In this document: in pieces, positions 9,197-18,477 of the stretch
Layout: each line of letters opens with the position of its first letter
How positions within the stretch are numbered: the stretch's first letter is position 1
NCBI GenBank assembly: GCA_963792585.1
Contig: CAWBWI010000003.1
Span: 704,001-768,000 of the forward strand
Direction of reading: 5' to 3'
Origin: Candidatus Eiseniibacteriota bacterium
GTDB taxonomy: Bacteria; Eisenbacteria; RBG-16-71-46; CAIMUX01; VGJL01
DNA length: 64,000 bases
Position numbers and translations under genes: made by a program
Notes under the pieces: generated by a model
The model's input: only the letters and a program-made list of their open reading frames with translations
Database searches by the model: none
Told to the model about the DNA's origin: nothing

Positions 9197-9461
9197 CCCC
9201 GGCTACCGGGGACCCGCACACCGCTTTCCCATTCCCCTGACAGCGGGTCCCATCCCATACCCTGTGCCTCTAGGGGGAATCGCCGCCCCCGCACGCATCG
9301 TACAGTCGACCAAAGCGTTGGAACGAGTCAGCCAGCGCCGTGAGCTTCATCCGGGCGTTCATTTTGGTGCAGATCAGTCCTTGATAGCAACATGGAAATT
9401 TCGGCATACTGGTGCTCCTGAAACCCTGGGCGCCGTTGGCCGGCGCCAGCGAGGAGGAACC

Positions 9462-11120
9462 ATGAAGACGCGCGACCGCGAGGGCAGCGAGACGGGCGCG
9501 GCCCGTCGCGCCAAGCTCGATCAGACAGCCGGAGAGCTGGCCATCCTCGCGGCCGACCGCGCGAGCGCGGGTGACGTTTCCGCCAGGCAGGCTACGACGG
9601 TCGTGGAAGAGGCGGCGACCTGGGCCGGGAGGCAGGAATTCCTGGCCTTCCAGGGGTTGGTGACGGCCGTGACGGCCCACCTCGATCTGCACGGGCTTCT
9701 GAAGTCAATCCTCGACGAAGCGGTTCGGGCGGCCAGCGCCGAACGCGGCCTGCTTTTCCTCGGCCGTCAGGATTCCGGCGGCATGGTTCCCGTCCTCGCG
9801 GTCAACCTGCGCGGTCAGGGGCTCGAAACAGCGGAGCGGGTCAGCCGGACGATCCTTGCGGGTGCCCAAGCCGGCCAACTCATCCTCACCCAGGATGCAC
9901 TCGCGGATCCGCGATTCATGGATGAGCCGAGCATTCAAGCGAACCGGATGCGGTCGATCCTCTGCACGCCGCTCGTCTCACCGACCGGCCAGGTCGGTGC
10001 ACTCTACCTCGACTCGAAGGCGGCCGGCGGCTTTCCCAGCGGCACGCCGGACGTGGTCCAGGCTTTCTCCCGCGTGGCGGGGACCGCCCTGGAGCGCGCC
10101 CAGGTCCACGGGGAGCTCCTCCGAGAGAATGCGCGGCTACGGGCGGGGGCTGGATCGCCGGACCCGCTAGACCGGTTGGTCGGAACGTCAGAGCGGATCG
10201 AGTCGGCGCGCAGGCAGGCCCGCATCGCGGCACTCATGGCCGCTCCCGTCCTGATCGTCGGCGAGCCGGGGACCGGCAAGCGGCTCCTCGCGGGCATCCT
10301 GCACGACCTGTCGAAGCGGTCCCACGCCACCTTCATCGGCTGCGACTGCGCCACGATCCCCGGGCAGTTGCTGAGCGGCGCGGTGCTCGGCCGGATGGGG
10401 ACCGCGGTCAAGAACTCAGGGAGCGAGGAGCGTGGCTGGATCGCCGAAGCGGACCGGGGGACACTCTACTTGGCCGGCGCGGAGGCGATCGGCCAGGACC
10501 TGGGGCTCGCCCTCGCCCGCGTCGCGGAACGAGGCGCGTACCGCCCGGTCGGAGGCCGGAAGGAACGGCCCGCTGATGTACGGCTCCTGCTCGGAATCCG
10601 GCCCATTCCGGTAGGCGCGGGGGGCTCGCTCCCCCTTCCGGCGTCGCTCACCTCGATCCTGCCGGAATTCCACCTCGTCCTTCCCGCGCTGCGGGAGCGG
10701 CCAGAGGACATCCCGGCCCTCGTGGGCCACTGGACGCGCGTCGTCATGGACGGCACCGCGGAATCGGGCAAGATCACCTTCACCCTGCAGGCGCTTGCGA
10801 CCCTGCAGGAGCAGTCTTGGCCCGGGAACGTGCGCGAGCTCCGCCAGGTTCTCCACCGGGCGCTGCTCACCCGGCGCTCGGACGTCATCGACCACGATCA
10901 CGTCCGTCGCGTGCTCGCGGCCGGATCCAAGGCAGAAGATTCGACCTATGGTCCGTGGTCCGGGAGTATTCGGACCCTACAGGAGTGGGAGGACGAGGCG
11001 ATTCGGCAGGCGCTCTGGCAAACACATGACAATAAGGCGGAAGCGGCCAGGCTCCTCGGGATTCACCGCAACACACTCATCCGGAAGCTCAGCGGCACCG
11101 ATCGCACGGAAGCCCAGTAG
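9462..11120 (+). CDS. GAF + degenerate sigma54-interaction AAA+ + Fis-HTH transcriptional regulator
   Basis: GAGGAGG RBS; GAF (RSILCTPL...GALYLDS); GEPGTGK; LPALRERPEDIP; WPGNVREL; HTH NKAEAARLLGIHRNTL. GAFTGA and Walker B are absent. Confidence 0.85.
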   Translation: MKTRDREGSETGAARRAKLDQTAGELAILAADRASAGDVSARQATTVVEEAATWAGRQEFLAFQGLVTAVTAHLDLHGLLKSILDEAVRAASAERGLLFLGRQDSGGMVPVLAVNLRGQGLETAERVSRTILAGAQAGQLILTQDALADPRFMDEPSIQANRMRSILCTPLVSPTGQVGALYLDSKAAGGFPSGTPDVVQAFSRVAGTALERAQVHGELLRENARLRAGAGSPDPLDRLVGTSERIESARRQARIAALMAAPVLIVGEPGTGKRLLAGILHDLSKRSHATFIGCDCATIPGQLLSGAVLGRMGTAVKNSGSEERGWIAEADRGTLYLAGAEAIGQDLGLALARVAERGAYRPVGGRKERPADVRLLLGIRPIPVGAGGSLPLPASLTSILPEFHLVLPALRERPEDIPALVGHWTRVVMDGTAESGKITFTLQALATLQEQSWPGNVRELRQVLHRALLTRRSDVIDHDHVRRVLAAGSKAEDSTYGPWSGSIRTLQEWEDEAIRQALWQTHDNKAEAARLLGIHRNTLIRKLSGTDRTEAQ

Positions 11121-11213
11121 CATGTTGGATCCTCGTGCAACACCGGATTTGGCATTGCTCATCGTGTTGACGATAGAAACCGAGGTGGCGACACGCCATG
11201 AGGAGTAGTTCCC

Positions 11214-11981
11214 TTGATCGAAGAACCCACGGATTCGTTTTCCCCTCCTAATAGCCATGGGGCGCAGGATTCGGAGAGAGGACACTTGTGGCGCTGCTCC
11301 TGTGGGCGGACGCATGAGGATTCGTTCGATGCGTGCTGGTCTTGTGGACGTGAGAGGGGTGCGGCCCGTGAAGCCGTCGCCGTCCTAGCTGATCCGCCAT
11401 CGGAGGTCGGTGAACCGACCCATCGTGCCGAGAGCGTCGCACGTCCCGCCAGCCGACCACGTTCCGGCCGGACGGTCACGATTAAGGACGAAGCGATCCT
11501 CGACCAGTGGTCGGTCATCGTCGACAGCGCAGCCTCGCACGTGGACGAGGTGCTGAACGGCATCCAAGACCGGCTCGGTGACGCGGACATTCCCGGAAAC
11601 TGCACCTGGGACGTCGATGAAGTGAAGAGCTCGGGGTGGTTCTCCAAGGTTCGCCGGGAATTCCTCATCGTGCGGCTCGCGCAGTTCAGCGACTACCGGA
11701 TCTACATCGCCGCGCGAGAGTACGGCATCCACCTCGACGTGTGCTGGTTCCTCGCCGTGGAGCCTGGATTCTTCAAGCAGGCAGTCTCGGACAGCCTCAC
11801 CAACGGCGACTGGCAGGCGCTTTCGCGTCCGAAGAACATCCTCGTCGAGCAGGATCTCCGCGCGTGGGTGACTGTCGTCCATCATGCCGTGAAGGACTCG
11901 GTCGAGAGCCTCATGGAAGAACTCGGTCAGGACAAGGGTCTGCTCAAGCGTGAGAGCAAAGGTTTCTTGTCGGTGTGGTAG
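11214..11981 (+). CDS. Hypothetical protein with N-terminal zinc ribbon
   Basis: AGGAG RBS with TTG start; WRCSCG...FDACWSCG; globular C-terminal domain. Confidence 0.7.
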   Translation: MIEEPTDSFSPPNSHGAQDSERGHLWRCSCGRTHEDSFDACWSCGRERGAAREAVAVLADPPSEVGEPTHRAESVARPASRPRSGRTVTIKDEAILDQWSVIVDSAASHVDEVLNGIQDRLGDADIPGNCTWDVDEVKSSGWFSKVRREFLIVRLAQFSDYRIYIAAREYGIHLDVCWFLAVEPGFFKQAVSDSLTNGDWQALSRPKNILVEQDLRAWVTVVHHAVKDSVESLMEELGQDKGLLKRESKGFLSVW

Positions 11982-12011
11982 TTGAGGCCGCACAACCTGG
12001 GGGGCGCTCCG

Positions 12012-13106
12012 ATGTTCATGAGCTGGCTAGCAAGAGCGCTTGCGGTGGTGGCCATCTGCCTCGGAGCCACATCCTCGCGGGCCGAAGTCAGGAGTTTCGA
12101 AACCCGCTTCCACGACGGCACCCTCTACGTCGATGTAACCGCACCACACGAGGTCGGTGCCGGCAGCCCGTTCAATCTCAACTGCTACATCGCGAACGAT
12201 ACCGACTACTGGATGGTGCTGACCGTGACATGGGTGGGCGTCCCAGACCTTGAGTCACTCTCCCCCTGGGTTGTCCGGCTCCGGGCCGGAGAGAGCGACG
12301 CGAACGGCTCCTGGGCAGGACCGGAGGTCCAGGTCAACACGCCTGGTGCGTACTCTCTGACGTGCCGCGTCGCGATCCAGTTCGAGGACAAAGAAACGGG
12401 CGAGCTCAGGAATCGTGGCGGGTACACCTACGATTTCGGGTCTCTTCGAGTCTCGGGAGGCGCACCTGGAAGTTCGCCTGACTCACCACAGTGGCTCCCC
12501 CGGGAGCGGGAGGTCCGCGTCGACGGCCAAACGGTCGTCTTCAGCTCCAATGCCGTGCAGGACGAATCCGGGGGCTTCGTCTTCTGGTCTGGATTCCTCG
12601 TGAAGGCAGTAGAAGAGGTGCTGCCGTTCTACCTCGGCTTCGATTCCAGAACGGGCAACGCATATGTTGCCATTGCCCACCAGTACGCCCGCTTTGACAT
12701 CTTCTCCGTCAGCCTGACGGCGCGGGCGGATCTCGCGGCACAGTGGGCCGGACTCGTCGTTGGCGTCGAGGCCCGCGCGCTCGGGGTACCACTTCGCGTC
12801 GAAGTGCCGGCGACGGAGATCCTCTCGACGTTTGGGGGCCTGGCCAACGTGACGCTGTGTGAAGGGACCCAGGTCCTCTCGAACGTCATCGGGGGGACTA
12901 TTCACGCCGCCGGTGATCTCAGCGAAGCGGCGTGCGAGTACCTACAGCGGGTCACTTCCGATGCCGCGCTCGTCGTGGGACAGGGTTGTGAGGGCGCCGT
13001 CGGCGGGTTCTGTGCCGCGGGCGGTCAAGCCGTGCAGGGAGCGCTGGATGGGTGCGCTCGCGCTTTGAACGACGCCTCAGCGGCGCTCTTTGGTAGGTGG
13101 TGGTGA
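12012..13106 (+). CDS. Hypothetical secreted protein
   Basis: Signal peptide MFMSWLARALAVVAICLGATSSRA; Ig-like beta-rich N-half; Cys-dotted helical tail. Start approximate. Confidence 0.65.
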   Translation: MFMSWLARALAVVAICLGATSSRAEVRSFETRFHDGTLYVDVTAPHEVGAGSPFNLNCYIANDTDYWMVLTVTWVGVPDLESLSPWVVRLRAGESDANGSWAGPEVQVNTPGAYSLTCRVAIQFEDKETGELRNRGGYTYDFGSLRVSGGAPGSSPDSPQWLPREREVRVDGQTVVFSSNAVQDESGGFVFWSGFLVKAVEEVLPFYLGFDSRTGNAYVAIAHQYARFDIFSVSLTARADLAAQWAGLVVGVEARALGVPLRVEVPATEILSTFGGLANVTLCEGTQVLSNVIGGTIHAAGDLSEAACEYLQRVTSDAALVVGQGCEGAVGGFCAAGGQAVQGALDGCARALNDASAALFGRWW

Positions 13107-13163
13107 AGCCGGCTATCGGTTTCGACCGGGAGCGTTAGGTCATGATCCGTAACCACGACGCTC

Positions 13164-13457
13164 ATGCGACGACTCTTCGGGGTGATGCTCTGCCTGTTCC
13201 TTCTGCCGGTCCTCGGGACCGCGCGGGTTCTTTGGTCCGTTCTCCGTGCCGCGGTATGGCGTCCACGGAGCCTCTTGATGTTCGGCGGTCTGGTCCTGGC
13301 CGTGCGTTCGACCGACACGACAACGCTCTTCGCTCCAAACGGGGTCGGGCCCCTCGGGCACATGATTCCGTACGGCGTGGGCTTGATCGGGTTCGTCGTT
13401 CTCTGGTTCGGGCTTCGATCGCGCGAGTTTCGAGTGCTCTGGCGGCGGCTGTCTTAG
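13164..13457 (+). CDS. Small membrane protein
   Basis: Three hydrophobic segments; same orientation as neighbours. Confidence 0.5.
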   Translation: MRRLFGVMLCLFLLPVLGTARVLWSVLRAAVWRPRSLLMFGGLVLAVRSTDTTTLFAPNGVGPLGHMIPYGVGLIGFVVLWFGLRSREFRVLWRRLS

Positions 13458-13613
13458 CGGGTGACTGGATCGGAGAGACGCACGGACCGTGGATGCGGGC
13501 GACGGAGACCAGGCGGCATCGTCTTTGGAGCGCCGTCCCTGACACCTTGGAGGCGATCAGGGTTTGGCGCCTCCCGGCCGAGTTTTCTGTGCGGCAGTCT
13601 TAGGTAACCAAGC

Positions 13614-15845
13614 ATGGAAGGTCTCGTCGTCCTCGGACTTGTCGCGCTCGGCATCGGGGCCTGGATCGTGCGAGGAATCTCCCGGTCGGGTCAGGAGGCC
13701 GAGGCACGGTCCGCCCGCGAGGACGCCCGCGCCGAGGAACGCCGCGTCAAGCAGTGCGGCGAGGTCGTCCGCTTCTTCGCGAATCACCTTGGGTACCTCG
13801 CCCGCGAGCGCGTCTCCCGTGAGGACCTCGCGACCTGGATCGATGCCGGCGTGACGGCCGATGAACTGGCGGATCGGCTGTGGATCGCCTGCGGCGAGAC
13901 CAAAGGAGTCCTGCTCGGCGAGCATCCGCTCGGTGACACCCGCCTGCCCGTCGTCCTCCCCGATGCACTCCGCTCTCGGCACATGTATGTCATCGGGAAG
14001 TCGGGATCGGGCAAGACGACGCTCCTCCGGAACCTCATCCTCCAGGATCTCGACGCGGGCCGAGGCCTCGCCGTGCTGGCCCCAGAAGCGGAGATGCTCC
14101 GCGATGAACTCCTGCCCTTCATCCCCGAGCATCGCTGGAACGACTTGATCTACGTCGATCCCGCTGACACCGAGCGGCCAATCCCGTTCAATCCGCTTCA
14201 CATGGAAGCAGGCGAAGACCTCGACCTCAAGGCGGACGAGACCTTCACCATCTTCCAGCGCGTGTACCAGGACGAAGGCGGAGGCGGAGCCCCGCGCATG
14301 GAGCAGATCCTCCGCCAGGGCCTGTACTTGCTCATGCAGATTCCGGGAACGACGCTCCTCGACTTCGAGCGCTTGCTCGATCGCCAGGACGATTCGTTCC
14401 GTCGGTGGGCCGTCGCACAGGTGAACGATCCCGAGATCGAACGCTTCTGGCTCCACACCTACTCCGCGTACCCCAAGGACGCCCACCTCCCGCTCGTGAG
14501 CCGGTTGGGTCGCTTCCTCCGTCCCAGGGTGGTCCGAAGCCTCCTCTGCGCACCCGGGTGCTTGAACGTCCGGCAGGCGATGGACGAGGGCAAGGTCCTC
14601 CTCTTCAACCTGTCAGACGGGTTGCTGGGAGCAACGAACGCGGAACTCTTGGGCCAGCTTGTCGTGGCCAAGCTCCAGATGGCGGCCATGAGTCGAGCCA
14701 ATGCGCCGAAAGAAGCGCGCCGCCCCTTCTCCGTCTACCTGGATGAGTTCCAGACCTTCTGCGGCGTGGCCGCAACGTCGTACGAGCGCATCCTGTCGAG
14801 GGCCCGGAAGTACAATCTGAGCTTGATCCTCGCCCACCAGCAGACCGGCCAAATCCCCGAACAGCTCATGCGCGAAATCCTGGGGAACGTGGCCACGGTC
14901 GTCTGCTTTTCCGTGAGTGCCTCCGATGCGAAGCGCTTGGGCCGCGAGTTGGTCGGCGAGGTCGACGGCGAAGCGATCGCCCTCGACCCCAAGGAGCTGC
15001 TGTCGCTCCGGGTCGGAGAAGCCTGGTGCCGAATCTCCCGCAACGTGTTTTTCCTGCGCACCCGGAACGCTCCCGAGGATGGATCGGCCCGGGTCCGGGA
15101 GGAGGCCGTCCGTCGGTCGCGCCTTCGGCATGGCGTCGAGCACACGGAGCCGATTGCGATTCTCGCGCCGGTCGCAGCTCGGCACACGGAAACGCAACCC
15201 GAGTCGATCGCCACAACAAACAATGCCCCATTGCCCGCCCATGCCAGCGCCATCCCGGAGATCGTCACGAAGGTCGGTCGGTCATTGCGGAAAGTCTCCC
15301 GTCCTGTTACAGCCGAGGAGATTCCGTCGTCGCCGGGCCGTGGTGGCGGACAGCACAAGTACCTCCAGGAACTCATCAAGCGCTGGGCCCAGTCGAGAGA
15401 GTGGCGAGCCACGATCGAGGAGTCCATCCTCGACGGGCTCGGCAGCGTGGACGTCGCGTTGCGGAAGGGCGATCAGGCCGTCGCCTGCGAGATCTCCGTC
15501 ACGACCACGCCAGATCACGAAGTCGGGAACATCCAGAAGTGCCTCGCGGCCGGATTCGGCCGCGTCGTGTTCGTATCGTCGGAGAAGAAGACGCTGAAGA
15601 GCGTGCGGCAGCAGGCGGTCACTGAACTCTCGGAAACAGAGTTGGAGCGCGTGCAGTTCGGCACTCCCGACGAGGCGTTCGAGATCCTTGAACAGATCGA
15701 GGCGGAATCGGCGACCTCCTCTGGAACGGTTCGGGGATATGCCGTGAAGGTGAAGTACAGGGCTGTGGATCAGGGGGAAAAGAGCGCGAAGCGGGAGGCG
15801 GTGACGAGCGTAATCGCGAAGGCAATGAAGCGCCTGAGAAAGTAG
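13614..15845 (+). CDS. VirD4/TraD-like type IV coupling ATPase (HerA/FtsK superfamily) with C-terminal nuclease-like domain
   Basis: N-terminal TM helix; RHMYVIGKSGSGKT (Walker A); YLDEFQ (Walker B); ARKYNLSLILAHQ; C-terminal HKYLQ...SVDVAL...ACEIS. Confidence 0.85.
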   Translation: MEGLVVLGLVALGIGAWIVRGISRSGQEAEARSAREDARAEERRVKQCGEVVRFFANHLGYLARERVSREDLATWIDAGVTADELADRLWIACGETKGVLLGEHPLGDTRLPVVLPDALRSRHMYVIGKSGSGKTTLLRNLILQDLDAGRGLAVLAPEAEMLRDELLPFIPEHRWNDLIYVDPADTERPIPFNPLHMEAGEDLDLKADETFTIFQRVYQDEGGGGAPRMEQILRQGLYLLMQIPGTTLLDFERLLDRQDDSFRRWAVAQVNDPEIERFWLHTYSAYPKDAHLPLVSRLGRFLRPRVVRSLLCAPGCLNVRQAMDEGKVLLFNLSDGLLGATNAELLGQLVVAKLQMAAMSRANAPKEARRPFSVYLDEFQTFCGVAATSYERILSRARKYNLSLILAHQQTGQIPEQLMREILGNVATVVCFSVSASDAKRLGRELVGEVDGEAIALDPKELLSLRVGEAWCRISRNVFFLRTRNAPEDGSARVREEAVRRSRLRHGVEHTEPIAILAPVAARHTETQPESIATTNNAPLPAHASAIPEIVTKVGRSLRKVSRPVTAEEIPSSPGRGGGQHKYLQELIKRWAQSREWRATIEESILDGLGSVDVALRKGDQAVACEISVTTTPDHEVGNIQKCLAAGFGRVVFVSSEKKTLKSVRQQAVTELSETELERVQFGTPDEAFEILEQIEAESATSSGTVRGYAVKVKYRAVDQGEKSAKREAVTSVIAKAMKRLRK

Positions 15846-15872
15846 GGATTGACCGAGGAATGGGGGGGCCGC

Positions 15873-16799
15873 ATGGGAGCGTGGAATCGAATCTGGATCG
15901 TGGTGAGTATTCTGCTCTTGGCATTCGGATTCATTGAGGCATACCGCATCACGCCCTGCGGTAATCCATGGCCAGATGTCCGGTGGCCGGACTTGGTGAT
16001 GTTCATGGGGTTGATGTCGTTGAGCATTGTCGGAGTTTCCCTATCGACCACGAAGGCGCTACCGCTCCACGAAGAAGAAGATGGCCGATACGAGAAGCTT
16101 GGGCTAGATGCCGCGTCCCCCAATCACGATCCGATCATCGCCCGCCGGCACAAGATTTACGGGAAGCTCGGAGGAGTCCGCGCGCTTCTCGCGCGTGATC
16201 TGGCATCAGTGTCATTTGACATCGCACCCCACCATGACGTCGCGTCGGTTCATGAATACCGAGGGTTTCTCCACTGGCACCGCGACCTGACCGAGAAATT
16301 GCTGAGTATCTTCCTCGTGGTGGTATTTTCCGTGTTCCTGGCGCGGGCCTTCGGGTTCCTGGCTGACTTCATGAGCGGTAACTCGCTCCGGTTGGCACTC
16401 ATCCACGAGGACGTGGATCTCGCGATCAAGATTGTCGGCCTCGCCCTGGTCATCGACGGAGTGATCCTGGTTGGTGGCATGACGGACGCTCCCGGCATTC
16501 GGCGAACACTGGATGCGGTAATCGTCGTGCTCGCAGGAGTTGCGGTACTAGCGGCCCATGCCGCGGCACGGGCGCTGGATCTTGATCCTAAGAATGGCTG
16601 GTTCGCTCTCGCACTCGCGGGCGGCTTGACGTTCGGATTGTGTCTGCTCTTCGGTGTTCGGTGGGTCGTGCAGCATCGGAGTCTGCGCGGATTGAGAGGC
16701 GACCCGGTCCCGCCGGCCACTGCCCAAGCGCAGCGGCTTGGCCCTGACCACAATGTTGCAGTTCCGGCGGCCGGCGAACCGCCATCCGAAGACAGGTGA
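15873..16799 (+). CDS. Multi-pass membrane protein of unknown function
   Basis: About six hydrophobic segments. Start approximate (ORF track TTG 15849). Confidence 0.65.
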   Translation: MGAWNRIWIVVSILLLAFGFIEAYRITPCGNPWPDVRWPDLVMFMGLMSLSIVGVSLSTTKALPLHEEEDGRYEKLGLDAASPNHDPIIARRHKIYGKLGGVRALLARDLASVSFDIAPHHDVASVHEYRGFLHWHRDLTEKLLSIFLVVVFSVFLARAFGFLADFMSGNSLRLALIHEDVDLAIKIVGLALVIDGVILVGGMTDAPGIRRTLDAVIVVLAGVAVLAAHAAARALDLDPKNGWFALALAGGLTFGLCLLFGVRWVVQHRSLRGLRGDPVPPATAQAQRLGPDHNVAVPAAGEPPSEDR

Positions 16800-16801
16800 C
16801 A

Positions 16802-16950
16802 ATGGCGAAACGAAATGATGGAAGGGTCGCCGCGGAGCAGAAGTCCGTCGGCATCTGGATCCGCGTCTCCACCGAGGACCAGGCCCGGGGGGAGAGCCCT
16901 GAGCACCACGAGAAGCGCACCCGGATGTACGCCGAGGCGAGTGGTTGGCG
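16802..16950 (+). pseudogene. Truncated N-terminal fragment of a related large serine recombinase
   Basis: Encodes [35 protein letters not shown], nearly identical to the start of 18332-19858. Similarity stops at ~16950; the ORF runs on to 17101. Confidence 0.85.
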
Positions 16951-18477
16951 ATGGATTGTGGCTGAGAGCGAGGAAACACACCACCGCGCACGAGTGGCCC
17001 CAGACCGATATCGACGAAGCAACGAGTTTGTCGCGTCTCCTGATGCATCGCCGCCAAATGAACGGCCTTCCGGACCTCGAGCTGGAGGGCACCTGAGGTG
17101 AGCACGCAGATCCAGATTGAGCTTCGACGCAAAGTCCGGACGATGTTGCATTTCGTCGCCGAACATCGGGCAGGCATTGCAGACACGGCAACGATTCTTG
17201 GGCTGCCGATTGCGATCGTGCTCCTGCTTCTCTCGTTGTCTCAGCAGCGGAGCGACTCGGAATACGGAGCATGGCAAGCGATCATGCTCGCGCACGGCAA
17301 ACCCGGCAACCTCGGGCGCGTGAAAGCGCTGGAGCAGCTGTCCAGAAATGGTGTCGATTTGTCGGGGGTGTCGGTTACCGGGGAAACGATCGCGGGATCA
17401 GGAGCGCACCTTCCGGGTTTGCACTTACGGTACGGGACGAACATGGAACGATGTCAACTATACCAGGCCGTGCTCGTTAATGCTCAACTCTCAGGAGTTG
17501 ATTTTTCGTACGGGAACCTCTGGGCAGCGAGTTTGCGAAGGGCCGATCTGTCGCACACCAAGTTCAGGAACGCGATTCTGGATCATGCTTACCTCGTTGG
17601 CACTATCCTCCGCGACGCAGACCTAACCGAGGCGAACCTCAGCCACGCGATCCTGGGGGCCGATTGTCGGAGGTCATCCCTGATCAACACGAACCTCCGG
17701 GGAGCGTACTTGGGAGCCGCGGATCTTCAAGATGCCGATCTTCTTGGTGCCGTTGCGGACAGCGCCTTCTTCATTTCGATTCGATGGGATGAGAGAGAGT
17801 ATCTTGCCTCAGTCGACTCAGGTCCTCGACCCCTTAGTCGTAAGCAGCTGCTTTCCCTGCGAACCTGGCGCGGGGCTTGTCTACCGGTCGGGATGAAGGA
17901 CTTGGAGATACCCATCGATGCGCCGGACTCGATTATGGAGCACATGGGCAGGATCTGGCCAGAAGGGGCGGACCTCACAAACTACGATCTTCGAGAGTGC
18001 TCGTTCAGCGCACGCCAGTTGAAACGGGCCAAGGATTGGCGCGGCACTGCACTTCCTGCCTACCTCAAACAGTATGAGGTTCCGCCGGAGGCCTCCACCG
18101 GTGAATTGGAGGACATGCGGGCGACAATTCCATGACACACCAAGCGAAACAACCGGTTCACACGGTGTCATTCGAGTTCGAGCAACCGATTGCAGTTCAA
18201 CGTCTTTGGCGGATAGGCGACGACAGGGGTGCGGCGTTTCGCGCTCCTACTGCCCAGATCTGGATCTTCGTACGGAGTAGCAGAATCCCGGCTATCCTGT
18301 AATCTTCGTCGCCACTAGAGAGGATGAACGCATGACGTCGAGCAACGATCACGTCGGTCCCACCGCCAAGCAGGTCGGCATATGGATCCGCGTCTCGACC
18401 GAGGACCAGGCCAGGGGCGAGAGCCCCGAGCACCACGAAAAGCGCGCTCGGATGTACGCCGAGGCCAAAGGATGGCG
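16847..18477 (+). repeat. 104-bp imperfect direct repeat pair (16847-16950 and 18374-18477)
   Basis: Manual alignment gives 12 mismatches in 104 nt, mostly synonymous. Confidence 0.9.
17098..18135 (+). CDS. Pentapeptide-repeat protein with N-terminal TM helix
   Basis: A(D/N)LxxA repeats (ASLRRADLSHTKFRNAILDHAYL, ADLTEANLSHA); AWQAI...GRVKALEQL motif; GTG start after GGAGG. Confidence 0.85.
   Translation: MSTQIQIELRRKVRTMLHFVAEHRAGIADTATILGLPIAIVLLLLSLSQQRSDSEYGAWQAIMLAHGKPGNLGRVKALEQLSRNGVDLSGVSVTGETIAGSGAHLPGLHLRYGTNMERCQLYQAVLVNAQLSGVDFSYGNLWAASLRRADLSHTKFRNAILDHAYLVGTILRDADLTEANLSHAILGADCRRSSLINTNLRGAYLGAADLQDADLLGAVADSAFFISIRWDEREYLASVDSGPRPLSRKQLLSLRTWRGACLPVGMKDLEIPIDAPDSIMEHMGRIWPEGADLTNYDLRECSFSARQLKRAKDWRGTALPAYLKQYEVPPEASTGELEDMRATIP

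Noticed and set aside
18207..18313. TGGCGGA (reverse complement of a tRNA-like 3' end) and a GGCGACGA/TCGTCGCC inverted repeat upstream of the recombinase
   Set aside because: No T-loop or cloverleaf; an 8-bp inverted repeat is unremarkable at this GC content.
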